A stretch of DNA of 64,000 nt, taken from Mobula hypostoma (lineage: Eukaryota). The notes under the pieces were generated by a model, which saw only the letters and a list, made by a program, of their open reading frames with translations, searched no databases and was not told where the DNA came from. Below are positions 1 to 13,592 of this stretch, one piece after another. Both the position numbers and the translations under genes were made by a program. Positions within the stretch are counted from its first letter, which is position 1. Each line of letters opens with the position of its first letter. The stretch spans positions 203,548,001 to 203,612,000 of the forward strand of contig NC_086097.1 of assembly GCF_963921235.1 (NCBI RefSeq). The letters are read 5' to 3'.

Positions 1-3000
1 GGACGCAGGAAAGAAACACTGATGGTAGTTTGCCTCCCAGGTGCCAGGGTCTGAGATGTTTCTCATTGCGTCCATGCTATCCTGAGGTGGGAAGGTGAAC
101 AGCCAGAGGTCGTGGTACATATTGGTACCAACGACATAGGTAGGAAAAGGGAAGAGGTCCTGAAAACAGACTACAGGAGTTAGGAAGGACATTGAGAAAT
201 AAGATCTGAAAGGTAGTAATCTCGGGATTACTGCCTGTGCCGCGCGACAGTGAGTATAGGAATAGAGTGAGGTGAGGATAAATGCATGTCTGAAGGATTG
301 GAGCAGGGGGCAGAGATTCAGACTTCTGGATCATTGGGACCTCTTTTGGGGCGGGTATGACCTGTACAAAAAGGGCGGGTTGCACTTGAATCTGAGGGGG
401 ACCAATATCCTGGCAGAGAGGTTTGTTAATGCTGTTGGGGTGAGCTTAAACTAGAATTGTTGGGGGGTGGGAACCAAACTGAAGAGATGGAGGAAGAGGC
501 AGTTGGCTCACAAATAGAGAAAGCCTGGATACAGTGCGAGAGGGAGGATAGGCAGGTGATAGAGAAGGGATGCATTCAGACCGATGGTTTGGGATGTGTC
601 TATTTTAATGCAAGAAGCATCATGAACAAAGCTGATGAGCTTAGAGGAAGATCAGTACTTGGAGATATGACGTTGTGGCCATTACAGAGACTAGGATTGC
701 ACAGGGGCAGGAATGGTTACTTAGAGTGCCTGGCTATAGATGTTTCGGAAAGGACAAGGAGGAAGGCAAAAGAGGTAGGGGCATGGAACTGCTGATCAGA
801 GATAGTGTCATGGCTGCAGGGATTGTCTACTGATTCTCTATGGGTGCAAGTTAGAAACAGGAAGGGGTCAATATCTCTACTGGGTGTTATTTTTAGACCA
901 CCCAATAGTAACAGGAACAGATAGGAGCAGATAGGGAGACAGATTCTGGAAAGGGTAATAATAACAGGGTTGTTGTGCTGGGAGATTTTAATTCCCCAAA
1001 TATTGATTGGCATCTCCTGAGAGCAAGGGGTTTAGATGGGGTGGAGTTTGTTAGGTGTGTTCAGGAAGATTTCCTGACACAATATGTAGATAAGCCTACA
1101 AGAGGAGAGGCTGTACTTGATCTGGTATAGGGAAATGAACCTAGTCAGGTGTTAGGTTTCTCAGTGGCAGAGCATTTTGGAGATAGTGATCACAATTCTG
1201 TCTCCTTTACCATAGCTTTGGAGAGGGATAGGAACAGACAAGTTAGGAAAGTGTTTAATTGGAGTAAGGGGAAATATGAAGCTATCAGGCAGGAACTTGG
1301 AAGCATAAATTGGGAACAGATGTTCTCAGATAAATGTATGGCAGAAATATGGCAAATGTTCAGGGGATATTTGCGTGGCATTCTGCATAGGTACGTTTCA
1401 ATGAGACAGGGAAAGGATGGTAGGACACAGGAACCATGGTGTACAAATGCTGTAGAAAATCTAGTCAAGAAGAAAAAGAAAAGCTTAGAAAAGGTTCAAA
1501 AAACTGGATACTGATAGAGATCTGGAAGATTATAAGGCTAGCAGGAAGGAGTTTAAGAATGAAATTAGGAAAGCCAGAAGGGACCATGAGAATCCTTGGT
1601 GAACAGGATTAAAGAAAACCCCAAGGCATTCTACATGTATGTGAAGAGCAAGATGATAAGACATGAGAGAATAGGATCAATCAAATGTGATAGTGGAAAA
1701 GTGTGTATGGAACTGCAGGAGATAGCGAAGGTACAATGAATACTTTGCTTCAGTATTTACTACAGAAAAGGACCTGGCAATTGTAGGGATGACTTACAGT
1801 GGATTGAAAAGCTTGAGCATATAGACATTAAGAAAGAGGATGTGCTGGAGTTCTGGAAAGCATTAAGTTGGATAAGTCATCGGGACCAGATGAGATGTAC
1901 CCCAGGCTACTGTGGGAGGTGAGAGAGGAGATTGCTGAGCCTCTGGCAACAATCTTTGCATCATCATTGGGGATGGGAGAGGTTCCGGAGGATTGGAGGG
2001 TTGTAGATGTTGTTCCCTTATTCAAGAAAGGGAATAGAGATAGACCATGAAATTATAGACCAGTGAGTCTTACTTCAGTGGTTGGTAAGATGATGGAAAA
2101 GATCCTGAGAGGCAGGATTTATGAACATTTAGAGAGGCATAATATGATTAGGAATAGTCAGCATGGCTTTGTCAAAGGCAGGTTGTGCTTTATGAGTCTG
2201 ATTGAATCTTTTGAGGATGGTCTGAACACATTGATGAAAGTAGAGCAGTAGATGTAGTGTATATGGATTTCAGCAAGGCATTCAATAAGGTATCCCAAGC
2301 AAGGCTTATTGAGAAAGTAAGGAGGCATGGGACCCAAGGGGACCTTGCTTTGTGGATCCAGAATTGGTTTGCTCACAGAAGGCAAAGAGTGGTTGTAGAC
2401 GGGTCATATTCTGCATGGACATCTGTTCTGGGACCCCTTCTCTTTGTGAAATGATCTAGATGAGGAAGTGGAGGAATGGGTTAGTATATTTGCTGATGTC
2501 ATAAAGGTTGGGCATGTTGTAGATAGTATGTAGGGCTGTCAGAGGTTACAGCGGGACATTGATAGGATGCAAAACTGGGCTGAGAAGTGGCAGATGGAGT
2601 AAAACACAGATAAGTGTGAGGTGGTTCAGTTTGGTAGGTCAAATATGATGTATAGTATTAATGGTAAGACCCTTGGCAGTGTGGAGGATCAGAGGGATCT
2701 TGGGGTCCTAGTCCATAGGACACTCAGAGCTGCTGTGCAGGTTGACTCTGTGGTTAAGAAGGCATACTGTGCATTGGCCTTCATCAACCGTGGGATTGAG
2801 TTTTAGGGCTGAGAGGTAATGTTCATCTATATAGGACCCTGGTCAGACCCCACTTGGAGTATTGCGCTCAGTTCTGGTCACCTCACTGCATGAAGGATGT
2901 GGAAACTATAGAAAGGGTGCAGAGGAAATTTACAAGAATGTAGCCTGGATAGGGGAGCATGCCTTATGAGAATAGGTTGAGTGAACTCAGCCTTTTCTCT

Positions 3001-3373
3001 TTGGTGCGGCGGAGGATGAGAGGTGATCTGACCGAGGTGTATAAGATGATGTGTGGATAGCCAGAGGCTTTTTCCCAGGGCTGAAATGGCTAACACAAGA
3101 GGACACAGTTTTAAGGTATTTGGAAGTAGGTACAGAGGAGATGTCAGGGGTAAATTTTTTACGCAGTGTGTGAGCGCGTGGAATGGGCAGCTGGCGATGG
3201 TGGTGGAGGCGGATATGATAGGGTCTTTTAAGAGACTCCTGGATTGGTACACACAGCATAGAAAAATAGAGGGCTATGGGTAACCTTAGCTAATTTCTAA
3301 GTAAGTACATGTTCGGCACCATATTGTGGGCTGAAGGGCCTGTATTGTGCTGTAGATTTTCTATGTTTCTATG
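1..3373 (+). mobile_element. CR1-clade LINE, decayed, cut by window edge (ORF1 SGNH-esterase C-terminus, ORF2 APE+RT, 3' tail)
   Basis: ORF1 motifs VVVHIGTNDIG and FRLLDHWDLFWG..LHLNLRGTNIL; APE motifs CVYFNARSI and SDHN; RT pieces KSSGPDEMYPRLL, SQHGFVKGR, YMDFSKAF; tail ttctatgtttctatg at ~3359-3373; many stops and frameshifts. Confidence 0.95.
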
Positions 3374-6300
3374 AATTAGAACAGTGTCCTGCTGAAGAAA
3401 TTAAACAATACCACAACTACTGATGTGAGATATCAATGTAACAGGGTTGCTCTAAATAAGGACAAAAAGTTGTCATAATAAATGCATTGAGAGGACAATT
3501 TTAGAAGAATTCTGGAGTTTTGAGCATGATGCCACATTTAATGAAACCTTTCCAAAAATGGCACGAGAAGGAGCTTGATGACATCTTTGTGTTCCTTATT
3601 GTCTGAAATAGGTTTGTGAAACATGTTGGGTTCTGTACTGTACAAGAAAGATCCATTTGCTTACTTCATGGGTTATCAGAAGGGCTGGCCACAGATAATG
3701 GTCCTCAATTTTATTTATTTCTATCTTAAGAAACAAATTGGTGTGAAGTACCGACTTTTCAAAGTAAATTGCTGAAAATCTGAAATGGAAACAGTGAATG
3801 AAAGCAGGTTAGGTAGTATCTGTGGAGAGAGAAACAGAGCTAACATTTTAAGCCTTTTATCAGAAGTGAGAGAAGTTGGAAATCAAAGATGTTTTTGGAC
3901 AGAGAACAAAAAGGAAATATATGTGAATTAGTGGAGGCAAGAGAGTCTTGACAGCACAAGTGGGTGGGGACAAGAAAGTGTGACAGCTCACTCATCATAT
4001 CTGTTTTTTTTTCTGGGGAAGATATATGAAATCAGGAAAAGGTAAAAAAAGGAAATGTACTACTTGAACTGCAAGATACATAACACCAGAGAACCTAAAT
4101 GCAACAGATGATGAAAATCTGAACAAAACCAGTGAGTGATGGAAATGCTTTACAAGTCAGGCAATATTTAGGTGAGAGAAACAGAGTTTGTCAGATAAAT
4201 AGAGTGCAAAAATACCTTCCTGTACTCTCAGGAGGTTGTTCCCTCCCGAACAGTCTTCTTCGTTCTTCCTTCGCTAAGACTTACTCTTTACACAACCAAC
4301 AAAGATGTAATACCCGTATTTTTCACCTCATCCATTCTCCGTACTTCGGAATCCCAACATTTCATTCTGGTGCAGTAATTCAACTATGCATCTTTGAATT
4401 TAGTTTACTGCATTTAGTATTTACAATGTGGTCCCCTCTACAATGGATGCAGTTTATTTAGTTAAACACGCACTTGTTTCTCCATGTCAGATGGTGCAGT
4501 TGAGCAATCAGAGAGGAAAGTCCAAGGAGCAATGAGGAAATAAATATTAAAAGGGTTCTTATTTGACAATGAACCGTCAATTAGCAAAGTTTTTATGAAA
4601 AATAAAAAATATACCACATTGCACAGTCGATTTTACTCTGGTTGAGTTGATGTTGCTTAGAGGATTTGGCACATGATTGAGCTTAGTTCAGCCAAATCTT
4701 GAGAGTAGAATGGAAGAGAGGGAGTTGAGGGAGAAATGAAATACTGTAATAACAAGAGAGGAACAATTTAATGGAGAAGAACAATTCTAGCAAGATGATG
4801 TGTTGCTTAATGTGTCACTAATATCCAGAAATCCATCATTTGGAAGGGGGATGTCAGAATGGTAATTGATGTATTTGGTAATTGAACTATCTTGAAGAAA
4901 TGGGAGTCATAATCAGGTGCGTACACATAAATCACTGACTTCCTGAGAGAAGTGTACAAGGAAAAATCAAAAAGTTAATTGATCATTATTGTGTAAAGAA
5001 CTTGGTCCCGTGGAGACTGAAAGAATGACAAGATTTTACGGAAGTAAATCAAGAGGTCACACGTTCCCAAGTCAAGAAACAGAGATAATACTAAAGAGAC
5101 GCATTTCTTTGAGAAATTCGAAGAAATTCAGAAAACCTACAAATTGGTTAAATTTGTAAGTAAAGCAATTTTATTTTTAAATAAAGAGTAAAGCTGTGTA
5201 GTCTAGGCAACTATAAGAGATATAGTGTACACTTGCAGTGTAATGGGGAGATGAATGTACCAGATCTGGGTTCTAGTAGCTCTCTGCTTTTTTTTCTGAT
5301 TTTCCATGTTTCCTGCACTATCTACAGTTAGTGCAAAAAATATGTTGACACACATGTACATTACATCCAGTCCTTATACTGGGTTTTAATCCAAATACAC
5401 AATTATTAATTTTAGTGCACTCTCGACCTCATTAGCAAATATTTGTTTTCTAAGTATCCAACTCAAGAATTAGTTTACTTTTTCAGGTTTCTGTAAATTT
5501 TCAGTAATTGTTTTTTTTGTTGATGGTAGACCACATCATTTTATGAATTAACCTTATATTTTATCCATTTGTCTAAAATGACTTAGCAATTTTAAGCTCA
5601 TTTATCTGTTTTGTTCTTTAAGCAGTTTGCTCTTGATAATGCTAACTGCTAAGGACTGTTTCAGAGCACCTCATGTCATCAATAAGCTGTCTTTATCTTC
5701 CTTCTTGTCATCCAAGCCTATCATCTTATTTCAATTGCATGATCACTTGATTGTTAATCCCTTGTAGATACTCGTCCTGAACTGTGTCATGAAGTGTCCT
5801 CTGTTACATGCTAATTCATGCAAGAATTCTGTTTTACGCCTAGATACTCCAGATTTTTTTTTACTGCTTGTGTTACTTAAAGCATCTTGGAGTTTAAAAA
5901 ACATCACTACTATATTTTCACAGGTAGAGTTAATGGGGAGGACAAGGAGGATACGAGTGAAGTTGCCCCCCCAGCTCCGCTATTTCTGTGGGGCTCTGAA
6001 GTTGTTTGATGGGACCTCACAACTTCCTGATCACAAATGTTCAGATAAGCACTCTTAAGAATATACTTCTATTACTATTGTATGCATATATAGTTTATAA
6101 ATTTTGCATAACAATTAGCCTTATTGAAAAGTCAAATGATCAGATGTACATCTGCTCCCTCCTCAATGAACTCTCGACACTCTTGAACCGCAGCAATTGT
6201 GATAGCAATGGGCCCTGAGAGGATGATTTCTCTCCCTGGAAGGAGAATCCTCTCTGATATTGGCCTTAAAAAATTACAGGGAAGGAATTTGGGGTTATTC

Positions 6301-7029
6301 GTTAGCAACACAGGCAGAACTATATAGTCTTGTAGCCATGCACACTGACACATGCATGATTACATCAAAGTTAACAGATCTGTTTTCAAGTTTAGCACTA
6401 GCAATCAAAGATATATTTCTCCATGAACTGCATTGCTTTTCTCCGTTGAGAAGTAACTTAAAAACATCAACTGTCTACTCAGAACAGCTTGGAGTAAACT
6501 CTCACATGAAGAATGACTCAGTGTCTTGAATCCTCTTTAATACGTATTCTTATATGTATATTCTCTTTGCATAATATGGCTTCTCCAAACAACGAACAAT
6601 ACATTCATCTGCTCGAAGCCACTTATATCTTCACATTGTTGTTTTCTATTGTGCTCTTCCCTCTGCAGCTTCTACACAAAACAGACAGATCTTGGATCTT
6701 TTGTTAATTTAACAAGAAGGTCCAATAAAAACTTCAAAGAAATTAATATCTATCCCCAGGTGTACTTTGAGCACATTTAAAAACTGATCCTTCATTGTTG
6801 TAATGAAGAAGTAATTGCATTGTTAAAAGTGAAATGTCAAATTGAAGGTTCACTGGCCTGCTCAAGTGAATGAACAAAATTGCTATCAATGAGCTGCAGA
6901 GACTTCCAGTCTCCATGCCGATGCCTCCCTCAACCAATAGTGCTGAAAACAGATTAAATTTCAACTTAATTTGTTTAATAGTTGTGAGACTTTGCTCTAT
7001 GCAGGTTGGTTGTGGCATTTGTCTAATAA

Positions 7030-9948
7030 TGTGTGTAGTGAGACTCCTAGCAAGGAGGGGCTGATGATAGGGCAAATTTGCAGTCAACAGGATGAGTTGC
7101 AATGTAAAAGCTGGACAAAATTGGAAAGGGTGAAAGCAGGACTGAAAGTATTGTATTGGAATGTGCACAGTATATGGAATAATGTAGATGAATTTGTAGC
7201 ACAGTTACAGATAGACATATATGATGTTGTGGGCATCACTGAATTGTGGCTGAAAGAAGGTTATAGCTCAGAGCTTAATGTTCAAGGATACACATTATAT
7301 CAAAAGAAGCAGGTGTGGCTTTGTTGGTTAAAAAATGAAATTAAATCATTAGAAAGAGGTGACATAGGGTCGGATGGTGTTGAATCATTGTGGGTAGAGC
7401 TATGGAACTGCGAGGGTAAGAGCCCCTGTTGGGAGTTAAATACAGTCCCTCAAACAGTAGTAAGGATGTGGTCCACAAATTATAATGGGAGATAGAAAAA
7501 CATGCCAAAAGGGCAATGTTACCATACTCATGGGGAATTCCAATTTGAAGTTAGAGAGGGAAGATCAGGGAATTTCTAGAATGCCTACAAGATGACTTTT
7601 TAAAGCAGCTCATGGTTAAGCCTACTGGAGGATCAGCTATTCTGGATTGGGTGTTGTGCAATGAACCAGAATTGGTTAGAGAGCTTAAGGTAAAGAGCCC
7701 TTGGGGGCAAGTGATCATAATATGATTGAATTCACCCTGCAATCTGAGCAGGAGAAGCTAAACTAAGATGTCTCAGCATCACAGTGGAGTAAAGGGAATT
7801 ATAGAGGCATGAGAGAGGAGTTAGTCAGAATTGATTGGAAAAGAACACTGGTGGGGATGATGGAAGAAAATCAATGGATGGAATTTCTAGAAGAAATTTG
7901 GAAAGTGCAAGATATATACATCCCAAAGAGGAAGAAGTATTCTAAAGGCAAGATGACATAACTGTGCCTAACAAGAGAAGTCAAAGCCTACATAAAAGCC
8001 AAAGAGAGGACATATAATAGAACAAAAATTAATGAGAAATCAGAGGATTGGGAAGCTTTTAAAAACCATCGGAAGTCAACTAAGAAAGTCATTAAGATGG
8101 AAAAGTAAATGAGCCAGTAATACTAAAGAGGATACCAAAAGTTTCTTCAGATACGTAAGTGTAAAAGAGAGGTGAGAGAGGATATCGGACCACTGGAAAA
8201 CGATGCTGGAGAGGTAGTAATGAGGGACAAGAAAATGGTGATGAACTGAATAAGTATTTAGCATTAGCCATCACTGTGTAAGGCACTAGCAGTTGCTGGA
8301 AGTTCAAGAGTGTCAGGGGGCAGAGGTTTGTGAAGTTGCCATTACTAAGGGGGAGGTTCTTGGGAAACCAAAAGATCTGAATTTAGATAAGTCACCTGGA
8401 TCAGATGGACTATACCCCAGTGGTCTGCAACAGATGGCTGAAGAGATTGTGGAGTAATTAGTAATGATCTTTCAAGAATCACTAGATTCTGGGATGGTTC
8501 CAGAAGACTGGAAAATTGCAAATATCACTTCACTCTTCAAGAATGCAGACAGGCCAAGAAAGGAAATTATAGGCCAGTTAATCTGATCTCAGTGGTTGGG
8601 AAGGTGTTGGAATTAATTGTTAAGAATGTGTTTTTGGGGTACTTGGAGGCACATGATAAAATAGGCCATAGTCAGCATGGTTTCCTTGAGGGAAAATCCT
8701 GCCTGACAAATCTGTTGGAATTCTTTGAAGCAAAAACAAGCAGGATAGACTAAAGAGAATCGATGGATGTTGTGTACTTGGATTTTCAGAAGGCTTTTGA
8801 CAAGGAGCCACTCATGAGGCAGCTTAACAAGTTAAGAGTTTACTGTATTACAGGAAAAATATGAGCATGGCTAAAGCAGTGGCAGATTGGCAGGTGGCAA
8901 AATGGGAGCCCATTCTGGTTGGCTGCTGGTGACTAGCGGTGTTCCACAGGGGTCTGTATTGGGAGCATTTCTTTTTATCTCACTTGTCAGTGACATAGAT
9001 GACTGAATTGATAGCTTTGTGGCCAAGTTTGTGGATGATATGAAGATAGATGAAGGGACAGGTAGTTTTGAGAAAGTAGAGAGGCTACAGAAGGACTTAG
9101 ACAGCTTAGGAGAACGGGCAATGAAGTGGCAGATGGAATAGAATGTCGGGAAGCATTAGAAGAAGAAATAAAAAAGTAGACTATTTTCTAAATGGAGAGA
9201 AAATTAAAAAAATCTGAGGTACAAAGGGGCATGGGAGTCCTTGTGCAGGATTTCCTAAAGGTTAATTTGCAGATTGAGTTGGTGGTGAGGAAGTCAAATG
9301 TGATGTTAGTGTTTCAATAAGAACAGAATATAAAAGTAAGGATATAATAATGAGACATTATAAAACACTGCTGAGGCCTCAGTTGAAGTATTGTGAGCAG
9401 TTTTGAGCCCCTTGTCTTAGAAAGGATGTGCTGAAATTGGAGAGGGTTCAAAGGAGGTTCACAAAAATGATTCCAGGATTGAATGGCTTGTCTTATGAAG
9501 AGCATTTGATAGCTCTGGGGCATGTGTTCATTGGAATTTAGAAGAATGAGGGGTGATCTCATTGAAATCTATCGAATGTTGAAAGGCCTTTATAGAGTGG
9601 ATATGGAGAGGATGTTTCCTACAGAGGGAGAGTCTAGGACCAAAGGACACAACCTCAGAATTGAGGGGTGTCCTTTTAGAACAGAGATGAGGAGGAATTT
9701 CTTTAGCCAGCGAGTGATGAATCTGTGGAATTCATTGCCACAGGTGGCTGTGGAGGCCAAGTCTTTATGTATATTTAAGGCAGAGGTTGATAGATTCTTG
9801 ATTAGTCAAGGCACAAAGGGATATGGGGACAAGGCAGGAGTTTGGGGCAGGGAGGGAAAATTGGATCAGCCATGGTGAAATGCTGGAGCAAACTCAATGG
9901 GCCAAAGAGTCTAATTCTGCTCCTATATCTTATGGTTTTGCGGTTTTA
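7030..9948 (+). mobile_element. CR1-clade LINE ORF2 (APE+RT), decayed
   Basis: LKVLYWNVHSI..YDVVGITELWL (APE N-terminus); SLEFRRMRGDLIEIY..RNFFSQRVMNLWNSLP (RT C-terminus); 3' UTR ending ctcctatatcttatggtttt. Confidence 0.93.
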
Positions 9949-12900
9949 TAATATCAACAGTAACTACACTTCAAAAAATAATTCAACAGTTACAGAATGT
10001 ATTGTAATATCTTGATGACATACACTTAAAAATAATTGTGAGACACAAGAGAGATGGAAGATTGTTTATAAATAATTAAGATCTTCTCTTTCTGTGGTTG
10101 CTCTGGAATATTTCTTTTTTATAAATTCATTTGTAACTCTGAGGTATGCTCAGAAGCAAGTTAATAACCATAAGTGGACTAAAACAACATGCTTCAGAAT
10201 TCACATTTCTGAAATGGAAATGCTGGATATCTACCAATAGAAATTGGTTGACAGGCTAATCCCAGGATGAGAGAAAGACTGAGGAAGTGAAAGGAAGAGC
10301 CAGGGGTTGATATTTGTGAACAGATTCTCTCAATCAAAGGAGATGGACAAGACTGCGTTTCCCACATTTTACTTCTGTAAGTATAAATCAATTATTTGTG
10401 GTCAATGACATGGGCAATATCCTTGTTTTATGTTTCCAAAAACAATTTGTTCACAAGAGCAGTGCCACATACCATTCAGCTTGATGTAAAAGTTTTGACT
10501 AAAGTACCACAATCAATAGCGTGAAGAGCCCACAGTTTTCATTATTTTTGTCCTACTATGAATACACTGTTGACCTGAATTTGTAAAAGCCATTGATTCT
10601 ATTTATTTATCTACTTATCTGTCTACTTATTTATTGGAAAGGGAAGACAAAGAATACAAAAATATATGAATTGTTTAAAGGAGGTGGATGTTAAAGCTAA
10701 CTTTTTAGAAAATTAAGTAAGCTTTGGTTTGTATAATGAATGGTCAATGCAATTTCTCGGCCTGCTTTCTGTAGAAGCAAAACATATGTTTTACACTTTA
10801 ATTTTGGATTCCCTCAGTGTGAGAATTGGTGTGAGTGGATTCTACATTCTTCTGTTTGAAACATTGTAGTTTGGTATTTTGAAAATAATTGATAATTTTA
10901 TGCATTGATGCTTGCTTTGCAGATTTCTATCTTTCAAGTCTTGGATTTATTTTAATGGGACAAATACTTAGTTTAAAAAAAGCAGAAAATCCATAATTAA
11001 CTGTAGTTGTAATTGCATTATTGCCAAGCATCTGAAAATAATGACAAAAGGTTAATTATTTCAAGAAGAGTGTTCATGAATAAAAACCTTATTGAACATT
11101 TCCTGAAGTGTGTGTGCTATTAATTGCTGTTTAAAAGTACTACACTTTTCTCTGATTGTCGCTGCTTTCATATATGGCTTCAGTAAACAATATAGAAAAC
11201 AATTTTTATATTCTAACAGCTTGCAAGATTGATGTCATTCATATTTCAATCAAGGTTAATGCATGTCTTAAATTAATCTTGTAATCAGAAACCAGTCCTT
11301 CATTCACCCAAATGAAAAATTCTTACCCTGGCTTTTGACTTCTTATAGCAGGCTGCTGGTATTGACAGCATAAATTTAAAGTTTGGTTTTGACCATTATT
11401 TGGTTTACGTGAATCTTAGGAGGACAGAATAGACAGTTTGGATTTGCAATCTATGGAATTGAAATGATCTCTGCAGTGCTCTGAGTGCTTGTAAGCCTGA
11501 CATATCATCCTTCTTTTCCTCAGAACTGGATATTTTGGCATAAGTGGAAGCATCAGTAATTAACTTAAATTTGACTTAATGTTCAGAGCAAAATAGATCA
11601 AGGGTGAAAAAGTTGTACTGTAAGCAATAGGAAGCATTAAGTAAAATGAAGCATCATTGTTTTACAATGAATGAGTAATGGGACATACATTATAACTGAC
11701 TACACTGATTTATTTTGATGTTGCCTCAGTTTTCACCTTTCTGACTATATTTTTTGGAACTCTGAGATTTTTGACTGTTTTCATTTACAAAGCTACTTTA
11801 TGTGTTTAAATTCCAATTAAATTTCTTAAAAATAATATTAAGCAATAAAAAAACTTTAAGCTGTTGACATACATAAATGCATATTTGATTTCTGTTAGAC
11901 AATTGGAAAAACCTTTTTAGTGTGAGTTAACATTTTGAAAATGTAAGAATCACTATAATAGCCAATTAAGTAGGTGGTATCTCCGGCATCTAACCAGACA
12001 ATGACAGAAATACTTCTCTATCTGTTGGTGCACACACATCCCATAGGAAAATCGGGTCAGGGACCAGGGAGCTGAATGAATTACAGCTGCAGGTCTCTGA
12101 ACTGGCTGCACTCCAGTACCAATGTAAGGATAGCCAGGGGCCCCCTTAAAACCTGATAATGTTTTGATCATTTAATAAATCTTGTACTCACCTTGCAATT
12201 GTGCCCCAAAGTTTTCTAAGATATATCTTTAAAATAAAATAATTTTTTGAAAATCATACAATTTCTCAAACCATGTGCATAGTATCAGCTCTTACTCATC
12301 AGCTGCATTGTCTGACTAACAGCTAACTCCAAGGTCATTTGAAGTCCAACACCCTTCCTCATTCCCATATCACAATAACCTGGGCGTTAAATAAGATGTA
12401 ACTGTGGGCTGTAGTTTGACTTTGTAAGATATATTTTGGATATCTTGTGAATATTCATCCTTTTTCCTTTACTCTGCTCTCAGATCACAGTGATTGCTCC
12501 TGCAACCGGTCTCCAAGAGATTCTTTCCCTTATTGAGAGATCCTTCAGCCTTCACTCTACTTGACATCACATGGTTCAAAACTGAGCAGACATGAACACG
12601 TATTTCTCTCTCCTCTGGGGAACAGAGTGTAAGCGCCCATGTGACCCAACCTGGTCTAGGTGGAGGAAATAGCAAATCCATCAACAATACATGTTCCCTT
12701 CCTGTTGAAGTTGAAAAATTACTTGGATCACTTAAGAAAACGGGAGAGGGTGACAGAAAGCACCACAGTTGTTGCTGAAGGCCGTACTTACATCCGAAAT
12801 AAATTGATTGATGCTGCTGTTTATATTCTGACAACTGTGTAAGCAAAAGGTACAAAAAGATTCAACAAAGCCCATGGTCATGTTTGGGTATCTTGCCAGC

Positions 12901-13364
12901 TGGAAATGTAAACTACTGCAGTTTTAGTAACAGTTCGCAGTATCCGTTATTCACATTTGTCTGACCATAAACACCTTTAAGACAGACACAATTAGCGTAG
13001 ATTTTTTTAACTTCACGTCTTAGCATCTCATAATTAACATACAATATATCTGATACTATAGTGCTTTAACACAGCCGTGACAGACAGTTTGCTATCTGGA
13101 AGAATGGCATTGGCTTGCTATTGTTTGTTAGGGATATTTTGCTGCCAGCTCTCTTTATCCAAAGATTTTTGCCTGATGTCGGGACCTAAGTTAGGCAAAC
13201 TTAGCTCCAGCAATCTCACATACTGTGGCCGACTGGACAGGTAGTCTGTAATCCAGGACACAGTGGAGCATCCACCTGCATCTCCGTGAGCTTACTCCCT
13301 AGTAAAGCAGGTTGTACAGTGTTAAAAGCACTGGAGACATTAAGAACATGATTCTCATAGTGCT

Positions 13365-13592
13365 AACAACAACAGGAATCCTGCAGATGCTGGAAATTCA
13401 AGCAACATACATCAAAGTTGCTGGTGAACGCAGCAGGCCAAGCAGCATCTATAGGAAGAGGCGCAGTCGACGTTTCAGGCCGAGACCCTTCGTAGTCCTG
13501 ACGAAGGGTCTCGGCCTGAAACGTCGACTGCGCCTCTTCCTATAGATGCTGCTTGGCCTGCTGCGTTCACCAGCAACTTTGATGTATGTTGC
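13365..13592. mobile_element. Penelope pseudo-LTR-derived fold-back insertion with 12-bp TSD
   Basis: Inverted repeat 13401-13493/13501-13593 with a 7-nt spacer; TCTCATAGTGCT at 13353-13364 and 13593-13604; arm sequence matches the pLTR of the Penelope element at 26202. Confidence 0.9.
13494..13529 (+). ncRNA. Minimal type I hammerhead ribozyme motif
   Basis: agtc-CUGACGA-agggucucggccu-GAAAC-GUC/gacu: both conserved core boxes, stem I agtc/gact, short stem II, palindromic ACGU in place of stem III, GUC triplet with predicted cleavage after 13525. Confidence 0.8.

Noticed and set aside
3770..4470. Very old Penelope pLTR/GIY-YIG-like remnants
   Set aside because: Faint similarity only (LVYCI..CGPL-like); too decayed to set boundaries.
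11953..12855. Short ORFs as host exons
   Set aside because: No recognisable protein family and no consistent splice chain.
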